Part shown: piece after piece, positions 28,329-38,190 of the stretch | Numbering within the stretch: the stretch's first letter is position 1 | Layout of the letters: each line of letters opens with the position of its first letter | Origin: Candidatus Bipolaricaulota bacterium | GTDB lineage: Bacteria > Patescibacteriota > Patescibacteriia > UBA11705 > DATKZF01 | Direction: 5' to 3' | Assembly: GCA_035528115.1 (NCBI GenBank) | Contig: DATKZF010000001.1 | Location: 160,312 to 224,311, forward strand | Length of the DNA: 64,000 nt | Notes under the pieces: model-generated | The model's database searches: none | The model's input: the letters and a program-made list of their open reading frames with translations, nothing else | Told to the model about the DNA's origin: nothing | Program-made: the position numbers and the translations under genes

Positions 28329-28934
28329 TTATTTGGCGTCAATCACGAAGGTGGCGATAATACCCGGGACTTCATCCATTCTCTTTTCCATTTCAGCGTT
28401 GGCCGTGGATTGCGCGCGATCCCAAGTGAATATATGTTGCGAATTTTCAGTGATATAAACCGGTTTCGGCCCTTCGGCGTCTTTTTGGATATCCCACTGA
28501 TCATGAGTAAAAATCGTTATGGCGAACAATCCGTCTTTTTGCGCGGGCAAACCGAAATAAAAAGATGGCGCTGAGCCGACCTGCCAGGAGGTGTTCTTTT
28601 CCACGAGATTATACTCTTTCCACTCCGCGGGCAAAGTCAAACCGAAACCGTATTCAGAATTATAATAATCTATTTCCTCCTCGATCATCGCCTCCGCTGT
28701 CGCTTCCTCCGCAACCGGTTCATTAATGACCTCCGCCTCGATTTCATTGGCTATCTCATTCTCATTTTCCAACCAATCCTCCAAGGAACGAGCGTCATTT
28801 TGCGATTTTAAGTAATAAAACAGCAGCCCCAGTCCGGAGAGCAGGACAATTAATAAAACTATCAAAAGAATCAAAAGCCCATTGGTTACTTTCGGACTTG
28901 GCATATTTGGCGATGTTATCGGATCTTCCGGCAT
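28329..28934 (-). CDS. Hypothetical N-terminally anchored protein
   Basis: 201 aa with a TM helix after a Pro-rich N-terminus, an acidic linker, and a globular C-terminus. Confidence 0.5.
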   Translation of the reverse strand: MPEDPITSPNMPSPKVTNGLLILLIVLLIVLLSGLGLLFYYLKSQNDARSLEDWLENENEIANEIEAEVINEPVAEEATAEAMIEEEIDYYNSEYGFGLTLPAEWKEYNLVEKNTSWQVGSAPSFYFGLPAQKDGLFAITIFTHDQWDIQKDAEGPKPVYITENSQHIFTWDRAQSTANAEMEKRMDEVPGIIATFVIDAK

Positions 28935-29031
28935 AATTTATAATTTAATAATAAATCGCTTATTTAATGTAATACGCAAGAAATAATCAATTATTACTCA
29001 TTGACAAACGACAAATCTGTTTTGAAATAAT

Positions 29032-29514
29032 TTATTTAATTTCCAATTCAGTCTTTTCCACAATGCGCAATTCATATCGAGGCGCCACCAAAAGTCCGAT
29101 AAACAAACCTGAAATCAAGAAAATCAACAAACTGGCCAATGTCCACCACATTATCAAGCCAAAAGGAATATTAAGCAATAAAACAAAGGTCAACATGCTG
29201 GATATGCCCGCGACAAGGAACATCAACAGCCCGAAAAGAAGTCCCCTTTTCGCGCCGCTGCCGGGCACGGCGCTGCCCAGCAAATAAAACACGAAGACCG
29301 CGATAATCGCGCTCGCCAATTGGGATAAGACGGAATAAACCATAAAACTGGCCGGCGGCGGTCCGGCCTCGGGCATCATTAATTTGGACCATAGACCAAA
29401 GTAAGCTTCGTCCATGTAATAACTCATAGAAAATTGAGCGATTACCGTCTGAATCAGCTCGGCCACGATCACCATGATAATGACCGCCAATAAAGCCTTC
29501 CAAAAATTTTTCAT
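29032..29514 (-). CDS. Hypothetical polytopic membrane protein
   Basis: 160 aa with about 4 TM helices. Confidence 0.5.
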   Translation of the reverse strand: MKNFWKALLAVIIMVIVAELIQTVIAQFSMSYYMDEAYFGLWSKLMMPEAGPPPASFMVYSVLSQLASAIIAVFVFYLLGSAVPGSGAKRGLLFGLLMFLVAGISSMLTFVLLLNIPFGLIMWWTLASLLIFLISGLFIGLLVAPRYELRIVEKTELEIK

Positions 29515-29586
29515 AATTTGAATTTAATTATAATCATTTTCATTATAGCAAATATTAATTTTTGCCAAAACCCTTTTTACAATCGA

Positions 29587-30798
29587 TCAAATTTCATATT
29601 TGAATCCGCCGGCGCGTTTTTTCAGTCTCGGCGAGCCGAGCATTGAGCCCAAATGAATGGAATGCTCTCCGAAATCATCATTTATTTTATCGAGCGATTC
29701 GGCCAATAAGAATCTTTTTCTTTCCTTGGGAAAAAGCGGCGGCTGACCGCGGCCTTCAATCAAATTGGAAACGCGAAAACCCACCAATCTGACGGCACGA
29801 TCCAAATTCAAATCAAAAATTTTTCCGCGCGACCATTCAAAAAAAGATAAGTCGTCCGCCAAATACCCGGGCCACGTTTGACTCTCACCCCAATGAGTGA
29901 AATTATCGAATCTAAAAAAAAACATCGACGTTTTGCCTACTAAATTATTCTTTCTCAACCGACGGCAAACTTTTTCGATGAGCTGAGCCAAAATTTTCAA
30001 AATGTAATCTTTGTCAAAAGTATTTTGCGGCAAAGTATAAGAAGCGCTGGCCGATTTCACGCTCTCTTCGCGATAATATGAAATCACCGGCTCATCCAAT
30101 TCGCCGGAGGCCAAAAGTTTCAAGCGCGGCCCCCAATGCGGGCCGAATTCAAAACGCATTATTTTTTCATCGGCTTCTTCTATTTTTTTCAAAGTGTCCA
30201 AACCCAAATTCTCCAGCCGAGCCGCCAGGCGCGGCCCTATACCGCAAATATCTTCGGGCTTGGCTTGATTTAAAACTTGCCGCTTGTTTTCGCGTTCGAT
30301 AATGAACAAGCCGTCCGGCTTTTTTAAATCCGAAGCCAGCTTGGCCAAAAGCTTGTTGTATGAAATTCCTATGGAACATTTGATCCACTCACCAACTTCA
30401 TTTTTTAATTCGGTTTTTATTTTTTTAGCGATTTCCACGGCTTGAACAAAATCGACGGCCAAACCTGTCAAATCGAGAAAAGCCTCGTCAATGCTGAACA
30501 GCTCGACTTCGCCCGCGTATTTTTTAAAAATTTCAAAAAAACGCTCGGTAATCTGAGCGTATTTTACGGGATCCGGCTGGACAAAAATCAGGCGCGAGCA
30601 CAGCTTTCTGGCTTCAAAGACGCTCATTGCCGTTTTTATCCCCATTTTTTTCGCTTCCGCGGACGCGGCCACGATCACGGTTCTCGAATCTTCCTTGCCG
30701 GAAACGACCATGGCCTTGCCTCTCAAAAAAGGATTGGCTTGCTGTTCCACGGACGCGAAATACGAATTCATGTCTATATGAAGCAATATTCTATCCAT
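29587..30798 (-). CDS. dinB: DNA polymerase IV (Y-family)
   Basis: MDRILLHIDMNSYFASVE...AVSIDEAFLD, the conserved Y-family catalytic motifs. Confidence 0.9.
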   Translation of the reverse strand: MDRILLHIDMNSYFASVEQQANPFLRGKAMVVSGKEDSRTVIVAASAEAKKMGIKTAMSVFEARKLCSRLIFVQPDPVKYAQITERFFEIFKKYAGEVELFSIDEAFLDLTGLAVDFVQAVEIAKKIKTELKNEVGEWIKCSIGISYNKLLAKLASDLKKPDGLFIIERENKRQVLNQAKPEDICGIGPRLAARLENLGLDTLKKIEEADEKIMRFEFGPHWGPRLKLLASGELDEPVISYYREESVKSASASYTLPQNTFDKDYILKILAQLIEKVCRRLRKNNLVGKTSMFFFRFDNFTHWGESQTWPGYLADDLSFFEWSRGKIFDLNLDRAVRLVGFRVSNLIEGRGQPPLFPKERKRFLLAESLDKINDDFGEHSIHLGSMLGSPRLKKRAGGFKYEI

Positions 30799-30899
30799 AA
30801 ACTCACGCGGGAATATAAGTTTTAGTCTCCGCGTCAAAAGCGTAATTTTTGCGTGGTCGAATAGACAGCCCGGAAAAAATTTTTAAGATTTTAGTTAAT

Positions 30900-31148
30900 T
30901 TATCCTTCATAATAAAGTTCCAATAATTGCCACGCGCCCTTGCCCGTGTCAAAACAAAGTTTAAAATAATTAGCCGCGTCGTTGACGGAAAAAAAATATA
31001 ATTTGTTCTTGCCGCGCGAGGCCGAGTGCACCAAATTTATTTTTCTGATTTTATACCGCTTATCGCGCCATTTGAAAAAAAGCGGAATGATTTTATTTTT
31101 GGTGAACGCGGCAATGACCTCTATGGGTTGATTTATGGTTTCATGCAT
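30900..31148 (-). CDS. Small hypothetical protein between lexA and dinB
   Basis: 82-aa ORF co-oriented with the SOS pair. No motif recognised. Confidence 0.4.
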   Translation of the reverse strand: MHETINQPIEVIAAFTKNKIIPLFFKWRDKRYKIRKINLVHSASRGKNKLYFFSVNDAANYFKLCFDTGKGAWQLLELYYEG

Positions 31149-31338
31149 AAAAATTAAACATTAATGGTCAAATCGCGCCAAAATTCAGTAACCTTGCGAT
31201 ACATTGATTTTATTTTTCTTTTTGACATAAAATTTTAATCCTCTCGACAAAAGAGCCGAGGGAAAGGATTGATCGCGACGCAATTAATCCTTCCCGCTCT
31301 TTTGCCCATGCTTATTTAATAATTATTTTTATTTTTGA

Positions 31339-31944
31339 TTAAGCGTATTTTCTGATGATCGCCCTGACCACGCCGCGAATGGCCACGTCTTTGCAGAAAA
31401 TGGGCTTCATTGAGCTATTGGCCGGCTGAAGCCTGATTCTCTGCGCTTCGCGATAAAACTTTTTCAAAGTCACATAGGCATTGTTGAGCAAAGCGACAAC
31501 CACGTCGCCGTTTCTGGGATAATTATTTCTTTCGACAATGACATAATCTCCGTTAAAAATGCCTTCTTCAATCATCGACTCCCCTTTAACTTTCAAAATG
31601 TAGGAATTTTCATCCCTGACCAAGTCCGCGGGCACGGCCATGGTCTCATTTTCTTCAATAGCTTCAATTGGCTGGCCGGCCGCGATCATGCCGACAAGCG
31701 GCAATTCAATGCTTCTGCCCATCCTGATTACCTTACTGGTCAATTCGATGGATCTGGCCTTCTGCGCGTCCACGTCCAAATAACCTTTGGTTTTCAGCGT
31801 CTGAATATGTTGGTGGATGGTGGCCGGCGAAGAAATCTTGAAATGTTCGCCGATTTCTCGATAACTCGGCGCGAAATCGTATTCTTTAACATAGTCAATG
31901 ACAAAGCGCAAAATCTCCGTTTGTTTTTTGGTTAGTTCGCCCAT
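31339..31944 (-). CDS. lexA: LexA repressor
   Basis: N-terminal wHTH and a C-terminal S24 peptidase with Ser (KVKGESM) and Lys (VTLKKF). Confidence 0.9.
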   Translation of the reverse strand: MGELTKKQTEILRFVIDYVKEYDFAPSYREIGEHFKISSPATIHQHIQTLKTKGYLDVDAQKARSIELTSKVIRMGRSIELPLVGMIAAGQPIEAIEENETMAVPADLVRDENSYILKVKGESMIEEGIFNGDYVIVERNNYPRNGDVVVALLNNAYVTLKKFYREAQRIRLQPANSSMKPIFCKDVAIRGVVRAIIRKYA

Positions 31945-32009
31945 ATCTTTAAATTTATGAATGGTTACAAATATCTAAAAAATTATAAATACTTTTGGAC
32001 ATCGTTACT

Positions 32010-32087
32010 AATGGTTACGAATCTACCCATATGCCAAACAAGATCCAATAATTTCATAAGAGCTTCGTTCGTAAATTCGTAACCATT
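32010..32087. promoter_or_regulatory. Perfect 13-bp inverted repeat AATGGTTACGAAT ... ATTCGTAACCATT in the lexA upstream region
   Basis: Left arm at 32010-32022 and right arm at 32075-32087. It shares the GTTACGAAT core with the dispersed repeat family. A DnaA-box 9-mer lies at 32183-32191. Confidence 0.5.
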
Positions 32088-32244
32088 GGTAGCCCTTTCT
32101 ATAAAATATTCGTAACACGAACAGAAACCGAACACTCTTATTTACAATATACCGAACAAAAAGCGAACGGTCAATTCCCTCCTGTGGATAACTCCAATAA
32201 AACAAAAAAAGTCCCGTTTTTCGGGACTCATCGCCGCGATCATT

Positions 32245-33108
32245 TTATAAAGATTTTATCGAAAAGTTATTCCACAAATCCTTATTTGAAATTTCCTCGC
32301 CTTGAGGGCTTTTCGAACCCGCTTTTACATTCACTTTTTTTACCGCGTCAAACACATACCAATCGTATCGATCACCGTCTTCGAGCGGCGTGTCGCAAAC
32401 ATAATAAATTTTATCGCCTTCATATTTATCAAAGACGCAAACCGTTTTATGATCCTTCGCCAAATCATAACCATCTATTTTTACGGGAAAATAATCAATT
32501 TTGAAAAATATTTTATCGGAAATACCGATAATCGCTTTCGTTGAAACCGCTGTCAAATCCGCCGTCGCGGCATTTTTGGCGGACAGCTTATCATAGGAGG
32601 ACGTTGAATCCAACAGCATCAAAAATTTTTCATTGGCCCGGCAAGCTTGCTTCAATTCATATCCTTGTTGCTGATAATAAGCGAACGCTCGATTATTGTA
32701 TTTCAAATAAAAAGGTATTTTGTCGCTGAAAGAAGGATATCCATCATTAAACTCGATAGAGCAGTCTTCAACCACTTTGGCGGCTTCAGGCAAATCTCTC
32801 TCAATGAGTTCCTGATTGATCCTGTCCTTTTCTTCCAAATCCGCCACGTGTTTGTTCAGTTCGTCTATCTTCGCTTGCAATTCATTTTGAGTCGCGGCTC
32901 CGACAGTCTCTTTCGCCCGTTGGACGGTTTGCGATTGGGAAAAATAAAAAATTACCGCGGTTGTAATTAAAATTAAGACAACGCCGACGATAATCGAAGC
33001 GGCCTTGGTCGGCTTCAAAGTCTCCGGCAATTTTCGAGAAGTCTTTTCCTTATTACCGAATTCTTTCATTTCTTGATTGTGTTTTCCCATTTCATCGCTC
33101 ATATTCAT
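32245..33108 (-). CDS. Hypothetical N-terminally anchored protein with a coiled coil
   Basis: 287 aa with a TM helix and coiled coil. Tyr-rich, Cys-containing C-terminal domain. Confidence 0.5.
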   Translation of the reverse strand: MNMSDEMGKHNQEMKEFGNKEKTSRKLPETLKPTKAASIIVGVVLILITTAVIFYFSQSQTVQRAKETVGAATQNELQAKIDELNKHVADLEEKDRINQELIERDLPEAAKVVEDCSIEFNDGYPSFSDKIPFYLKYNNRAFAYYQQQGYELKQACRANEKFLMLLDSTSSYDKLSAKNAATADLTAVSTKAIIGISDKIFFKIDYFPVKIDGYDLAKDHKTVCVFDKYEGDKIYYVCDTPLEDGDRYDWYVFDAVKKVNVKAGSKSPQGEEISNKDLWNNFSIKSL

Positions 33109-33230
33109 TTAAGCTGATTTGTTATCTCATTTTAAATAATTTTAAGCGTTTTGGCAAGATCTCCGGTTTACGGAAATAAAAAAAAACGGGGGCTTGCCGC
33201 CCCCGTTCGCCATCTGATTCCAATAACATT

Positions 33231-33737
33231 TTAATAATAATTGATTCCGCTGAATAATTTATCAACAATTATTCTCAAAACGCTTTGAAAAAAATCGGGA
33301 TTAAGAATGTAAACGGCGGTCAGCGAGCCGACGCAAATGATAACCGACAGCCATTTGGTGTAAACTCCCGCTGTGCGGAAAAAAAGTACCAAAGAAAGAA
33401 TGGCTGTGAGTAGCGGACCGACGATTTTAATGTCTCCCAAAGGCAATTGATAGCCGGCGACATACTGACTTTCAGTTCCCAAAAAGGCGGCCAGATCGAA
33501 AGTGACTTTGAATATCACCAAAATGGCTTCCAGGATCAATATGATCAGCAAGGCAATGGAAGCGTACTTGGTGCTCGCGCCCGGTTCGGTGCGATAAACC
33601 TCGTAAATCACTGCAGGCAACAGACCGATGACAATCCATAACGCGTTATGAGTGTAAAACGAGACCACCGCCATCATGACCGTAATAATGCTCAAAATCA
33701 CGCAATAAAGAACCGCGTAGCGTGTTGGTTTGGCCAT
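33231..33737 (-). CDS. Hypothetical membrane protein
   Basis: 168 aa with about 5 TM helices. Confidence 0.5.
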   Translation of the reverse strand: MAKPTRYAVLYCVILSIITVMMAVVSFYTHNALWIVIGLLPAVIYEVYRTEPGASTKYASIALLIILILEAILVIFKVTFDLAAFLGTESQYVAGYQLPLGDIKIVGPLLTAILSLVLFFRTAGVYTKWLSVIICVGSLTAVYILNPDFFQSVLRIIVDKLFSGINYY

Positions 33738-33771
33738 ATTTTATATTATGAATGAATTTCGAAGAAACAAT

Positions 33772-35328
33772 TTATTCTTTCTTCGTCGGCGCGGCCACGA
33801 CCGTTTGATCCGACGAAAAAGCCAAATAGCCCGGAATGACGATGCCGACGATCGGCACGATGATCAAAATACCCACCCAGTTCGGTTTGCCTCTTCTTTC
33901 GGCGATGGCCATAAAAACAACCACGGCTATCACGATATTAACGATCGGAATCAAGAAGAAAATGAACCACCATAAAGGTTTCTGCGCCACCTGAATCATC
34001 AAGACAATATTGGCAATGGGAATCCAGGCCATCCAGCCGTTGGGCGTGTTGGTTTTCTTAGCTATCACTTGCAGACAAACGGCCATGTAAATGTAACCGA
34101 CCAGCCCGAACAACAAATACATCAGGATCATCCAACCCCAGACAAAAGAGCCGGCAAAAAACATCGGCGGAAAGCCGGTTAATCCCGCCAATTCGTCTTC
34201 ATCATTTTCACCCCCGCAGGAACTCTTGCTGACGCATCTGATTTGATCGTCGCAATCTTCCGACGAACAATTTCTGACTTGATACATTTCGTCTTTGTCA
34301 CAGTCTTTTTTCCCGCAACCCGAATCTTCCCAAGTCGAACATTCGCAAACTTCCTCTTCTTGTTCACCGCTCTCGCATTTTCCATCGCAAGTGGCGGACG
34401 AGTAGCACGTTTTGGCGCTCGCTTTTTGGCAAGCCGCCAATGAAACATAAGCTCCGACAGCTTCGCAGGAGTATTCAGCGCAAGAATAAAATTCAGTGAC
34501 GGCCTCCGAAGATTTGATTTCCAGTTGATAATTCACTATTTCATCCTGATAAGTGTAAAAATTATTAAAAACCGAAACAAACACATCCGTGTCGTCCGAT
34601 GGCGTCAGATACAAAGAAACGACAGCTCCTTTATTAACGGAGCTGTCCTCTTCAATCAATTGCCTGCCGGAATTATACAGCCCTAAAGTCAATTCCGTTT
34701 CATTGGAAGGAACCAAATTAAAATTGTAAGTCACGCCTTTGGACAGACTTACCTTGTAATAGTCTTGAACGTCGTCTCCGAATTCGTCGGCAATGCCCGC
34801 GTTACCGGCCAAAAAACCATCATAGCTTCCAATGGCGACATCCATTGCGTCGCCGAAAGAATCGCCGGCATCAGTTTGACTATCGACGTCGTAGTAATTC
34901 ATTAAGGAAAATTTGAATGTGAAAGATTCTACCTCCGCGTAGTCATTTTCCAGTTTGATGTAAAACTTGGAGGATTTATCGGAACCGACCAGCCAGTTGA
35001 TTTCCGGCTTTTCGTCATAGACAGACTTCAATTCTTCCTCATCTTCATCATAAAGATACAATGTGCTCCCGCCTTCTTCAAAAGTTCCGGCGGAAACGCT
35101 AAGCATTTGACCTGGCTTTACCTGGACGTAATAATAAAGACTCTCGCCGTCCGCTAAAAACCCGCCCTGATAGGTCCCGGGACGGAGGGCTGCCGCGGAA
35201 TCAAAATCGTCGCCTCCCGCCGGCAAAGAAATTTGAGCGGCCACCGGACTTAAGCCTATAAACGCGGCGGCGCAAAAGATAACAAAGCCGACGCTCATTG
35301 TTTGGAAAAATGAAAATTTTTTCAACAC
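33772..35328 (-). CDS. Secreted cysteine-rich protein with a C-terminal multi-TM anchor
   Basis: Signal peptide. A central stretch with more than 20 Cys (CECSTWEDSGCGKKDCDKDE...), then a Trp-rich polytopic C-terminus. Confidence 0.55.
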   Translation of the reverse strand: MLKKFSFFQTMSVGFVIFCAAAFIGLSPVAAQISLPAGGDDFDSAAALRPGTYQGGFLADGESLYYYVQVKPGQMLSVSAGTFEEGGSTLYLYDEDEEELKSVYDEKPEINWLVGSDKSSKFYIKLENDYAEVESFTFKFSLMNYYDVDSQTDAGDSFGDAMDVAIGSYDGFLAGNAGIADEFGDDVQDYYKVSLSKGVTYNFNLVPSNETELTLGLYNSGRQLIEEDSSVNKGAVVSLYLTPSDDTDVFVSVFNNFYTYQDEIVNYQLEIKSSEAVTEFYSCAEYSCEAVGAYVSLAACQKASAKTCYSSATCDGKCESGEQEEEVCECSTWEDSGCGKKDCDKDEMYQVRNCSSEDCDDQIRCVSKSSCGGENDEDELAGLTGFPPMFFAGSFVWGWMILMYLLFGLVGYIYMAVCLQVIAKKTNTPNGWMAWIPIANIVLMIQVAQKPLWWFIFFLIPIVNIVIAVVVFMAIAERRGKPNWVGILIIVPIVGIVIPGYLAFSSDQTVVAAPTKKE

Positions 35329-35427
35329 ATTTTTGTTGAACTTTTTAGTAAATCCCGTTTGATTTTTGAAGGGGACAAACTAATATAGTTCTTTAAATTA
35401 ATTATTTTTTATTTTAAACTCGTTTGA

Positions 35428-37671
35428 TTAAAAGAACACCTCCACTTTTCCAACCATATAATTTATGATGGAAAAAGTCATATGCAAAGTCAGTCCCACT
35501 CTGGTCAGCCATAAACTGCCACCTTCAGATTCTTCAACTTTGTAACCCAACGCTTGATATTTTTCCTGCACCATTATCACATCGGCGCGCGTCACCAGGC
35601 GAGAAAAAACATATGTCAGCCACATGCTTTTCATATTGTCTTTCAATTTTACCTGATCATCAAACACCTCATTAAGTATCGGTAACAATTCATCATGAAC
35701 CGTTTGATTTTTATCTCCTTCCACCGCGACCTCTTTGGTATTATCATAGTTGATCAGCGCCCAGGTTTTGGCGACGGGAGTTGTTCCAGGATCTTTCGAC
35801 GTCGTATCCGTCAAGAAATCACAAGTCGGTTCCACCTTATTTAATTGATATTTACAAATCTCGCGCGACGCGTTGCTTATCGAGGGCACGTTTTCTTTTA
35901 CTTTCGTATTGACGTTCAACGTCATATCCGACACCATGCCCACTTCCATGTCTTGCATAACCAAGTATTCGCTCTGATCTTCAAGCGTCGCCTCGCGATA
36001 ATCGGTTACATCGGCATATCCGCTCGCTCCGCCGTTAACGTCCACTTTTATCAAAGCCGCTTCTTTATAAGGTTCCTGGCTAAGCATCACCAAATGCGTT
36101 TTATCCGTTAACATGCTTGCCGATACAACCACGCCCTTATCAGTGGTCGACGCGATATCGTATCCCGATAAATTTCTTTCCGCGTCAAACCGTTTAATCC
36201 AGATAGGATTGGCATTGCCGTCAATTTTAATCAATTCGATATTCGACGCCAATGCGTCCGCGAAGGCCTGGGAGGCGGCTTTTGACGCGTCCCAAAGCTC
36301 TTTGAGCTCCGGAACGCTGTCCGGATCAAGGCAATCGGAATTCAATTCCTCACATTTATCCCACAGCACTTTTTGCTTTTTACCGGCGTCGCTATATTTC
36401 GCTTCCACGCCCTCGCTGTCTCGAATCACGTCTTGCATAATGACAAAATATCCATCAACCGTTTTAGCCATTTGAAAATCAATAGCGGTGGCTCCGGAGA
36501 CCAAACCGACCGTTAAATTTTTTGCCCATTTGTAATTACCCGACGCGTCAACCTTGGCCACTATGAATGAACGAGGAGTAAAACTGGTAATGGAATCAAT
36601 CCCGTTGCTCAACCCTTGAGTCGATAGTAAATTTTCAAAACCGACCGCCAAAAATCCGCCGTCCGAAGTCGGCTGAACCGCCTTAAAATCTCCGCCCATC
36701 ATGCGGATGGAGGTTTTCCCAAGAGTAATGTCGGCGCTGGAATAACTGATCGGCGCGACTATTTCCGAGGGAATCATTTCTAAACTTTTGGCCCACTCAA
36801 TATCCAGATTATCATTTAATTTAACAATGGTCGGCAAATCTCCCAGCACCACCTCCGGTCCCAAAATATTATCGGGCTGTTCATTGGTTGGCACGGAAAT
36901 ATTGGCCAGAGCGACGAATCCGCCGTCAGTCAGACGCTCCATGTCTACAGCTTCCCAATCCATTTTTTTGGCATACAACGCTTTCCCGTCTTTATCGATT
37001 TTAATCAAAACGCTGTATTTTGGCACGGCCGATATGTCGGCCACGTCATTGCCATAACCGGTTTGCGCGAATCTCGCCAAAAGCATCACGCCGCCGTCCG
37101 GCAACGCCCATATTTTCTGCGGACGATCCACGCTGTAATCGCCAAGCATCGTTGACCACGATTGAACGCCTTTGGAATTAACTTTGGTAACCAAAATATC
37201 CCCATAAACTTCCAAAACCTTTTCGTATTTGGCGTCGACAAAATCCAAAATGTCGCTGGCGTAAACAATGCCTCCGTCAGACGTCTCCGCGGACACGTGC
37301 GGCTCATGCCTGGTGGATGAATCCCGAGGAGGCAAACTTTGACTACTGAATTGTTTGCTCCATGAAGGATTGCCCTTTGCGTCGACTTTAACCAAAAAAG
37401 GATTTCCCACAGACATGCCCGAGCTCCACATCGTGTCTCCGGAAATCAAATACCCGCCGTCTTTAACTTGTAAAACATTATAACCGTCGGTGAGATCGCG
37501 CAAATGATAAGTTTTAATGAAGGTGGAGGAACTCACCGGCTCGACAGAACAAGAACCGGCAATTTGCGCCCGATGTTTTGGCGTCGCCGCCACAATAAGG
37601 GCAATTCCTAAAATGGCCAACGCTGATATAAGAATGGGTTTATACAAAAAAGCTTTTTTATTTTTTTTCAT
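35428..37671 (-). CDS. Large secreted repeat protein (predicted beta-propeller-like)
   Basis: 747 aa with a signal peptide. DGG[FYIV] blades recur about every 50-60 aa (KDGGYLISG, SDGGIVYAS, PDGGVMLLA, TDGGFVALA, SDGGFLAVG). Confidence 0.55.
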   Translation of the reverse strand: MKKNKKAFLYKPILISALAILGIALIVAATPKHRAQIAGSCSVEPVSSSTFIKTYHLRDLTDGYNVLQVKDGGYLISGDTMWSSGMSVGNPFLVKVDAKGNPSWSKQFSSQSLPPRDSSTRHEPHVSAETSDGGIVYASDILDFVDAKYEKVLEVYGDILVTKVNSKGVQSWSTMLGDYSVDRPQKIWALPDGGVMLLARFAQTGYGNDVADISAVPKYSVLIKIDKDGKALYAKKMDWEAVDMERLTDGGFVALANISVPTNEQPDNILGPEVVLGDLPTIVKLNDNLDIEWAKSLEMIPSEIVAPISYSSADITLGKTSIRMMGGDFKAVQPTSDGGFLAVGFENLLSTQGLSNGIDSITSFTPRSFIVAKVDASGNYKWAKNLTVGLVSGATAIDFQMAKTVDGYFVIMQDVIRDSEGVEAKYSDAGKKQKVLWDKCEELNSDCLDPDSVPELKELWDASKAASQAFADALASNIELIKIDGNANPIWIKRFDAERNLSGYDIASTTDKGVVVSASMLTDKTHLVMLSQEPYKEAALIKVDVNGGASGYADVTDYREATLEDQSEYLVMQDMEVGMVSDMTLNVNTKVKENVPSISNASREICKYQLNKVEPTCDFLTDTTSKDPGTTPVAKTWALINYDNTKEVAVEGDKNQTVHDELLPILNEVFDDQVKLKDNMKSMWLTYVFSRLVTRADVIMVQEKYQALGYKVEESEGGSLWLTRVGLTLHMTFSIINYMVGKVEVFF

Positions 37672-37879
37672 ATAAATTTATTATACCACAAAAAAAATAT
37701 TGGGTAAATCAAAAAAAGTCCCAATTGGGACTCCATATTTTTTGTTTTTTGTTTTTTATATTTTATATTTTATTTTTGAATGGCTGTGCCATCCGTAGCG
37801 CATGCATTGAAACCTAAAGCGTCAATACTGGTCGTTCTTCGTTGAAACTTCGAACGACATCCTTCGCTATCGCGAAGGA

Positions 37880-37954
37880 TGGTACCGCCACGGGGAATCG
37901 AACCCCGGTTCCCAGCGTGAGAAGCTGATGTCCTAACCACTAGACGATGGCGGC
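37880..37954 (-). tRNA. tRNA-Glu (anticodon CUC)
   Basis: Reverse complement GCCGCCATCGTCTAGTGGTTAGGACATCAGCTTCTCACGCTGGGAACCGGGGTTCGATTCCCCGTGGCGGTACCA folds as a cloverleaf with a GGTTCGATTCC T-arm and encoded CCA. The overlapping ORF 37770..37964 is spurious. Confidence 0.8.
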
Positions 37955-38020
37955 GCGTTTTCAAGGTATTTTAACAGAAAACCGGATATAGTCAACAGTG
38001 CGGTAAATAGTAATGGGTAA

Positions 38021-38190
38021 TCGGAAACTGGGAATTAGAAATTAGGGTTGGAGAAGAAAATTGCTTCATTGCTTCATTGTTTCATTGTTACATTGTTATG
38101 TGATATGTGTTCCATGATTCATGCTCCCCGCCTTCGCCCTATCGGGGCTTCGGCGGGCGTGTTACATGACACATCAAGACACAAGCCACT
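38021..38190. repeat. Family-B intergenic element, second copy (between the murF 3-prime end and tRNA-Glu)
   Basis: cggaaactgggaattagaaattagggttggagaagaaaattgcttcattgcttcattgtttcattgttacattgtt followed by a ccccgccttcgcc...cggcgggcg hairpin. About 80% identical to 510-600. Confidence 0.6.

Noticed and set aside
33772-37671. Diversity-generating retroelement targeting the large secreted proteins
   Set aside because: No reverse transcriptase ORF (no YxDD motif) and no recognisable template/variable repeat pair could be found in the window.
37770-37964. 64-aa minus-strand ORF
   Set aside because: It coincides with a well-formed tRNA-Glu cloverleaf.
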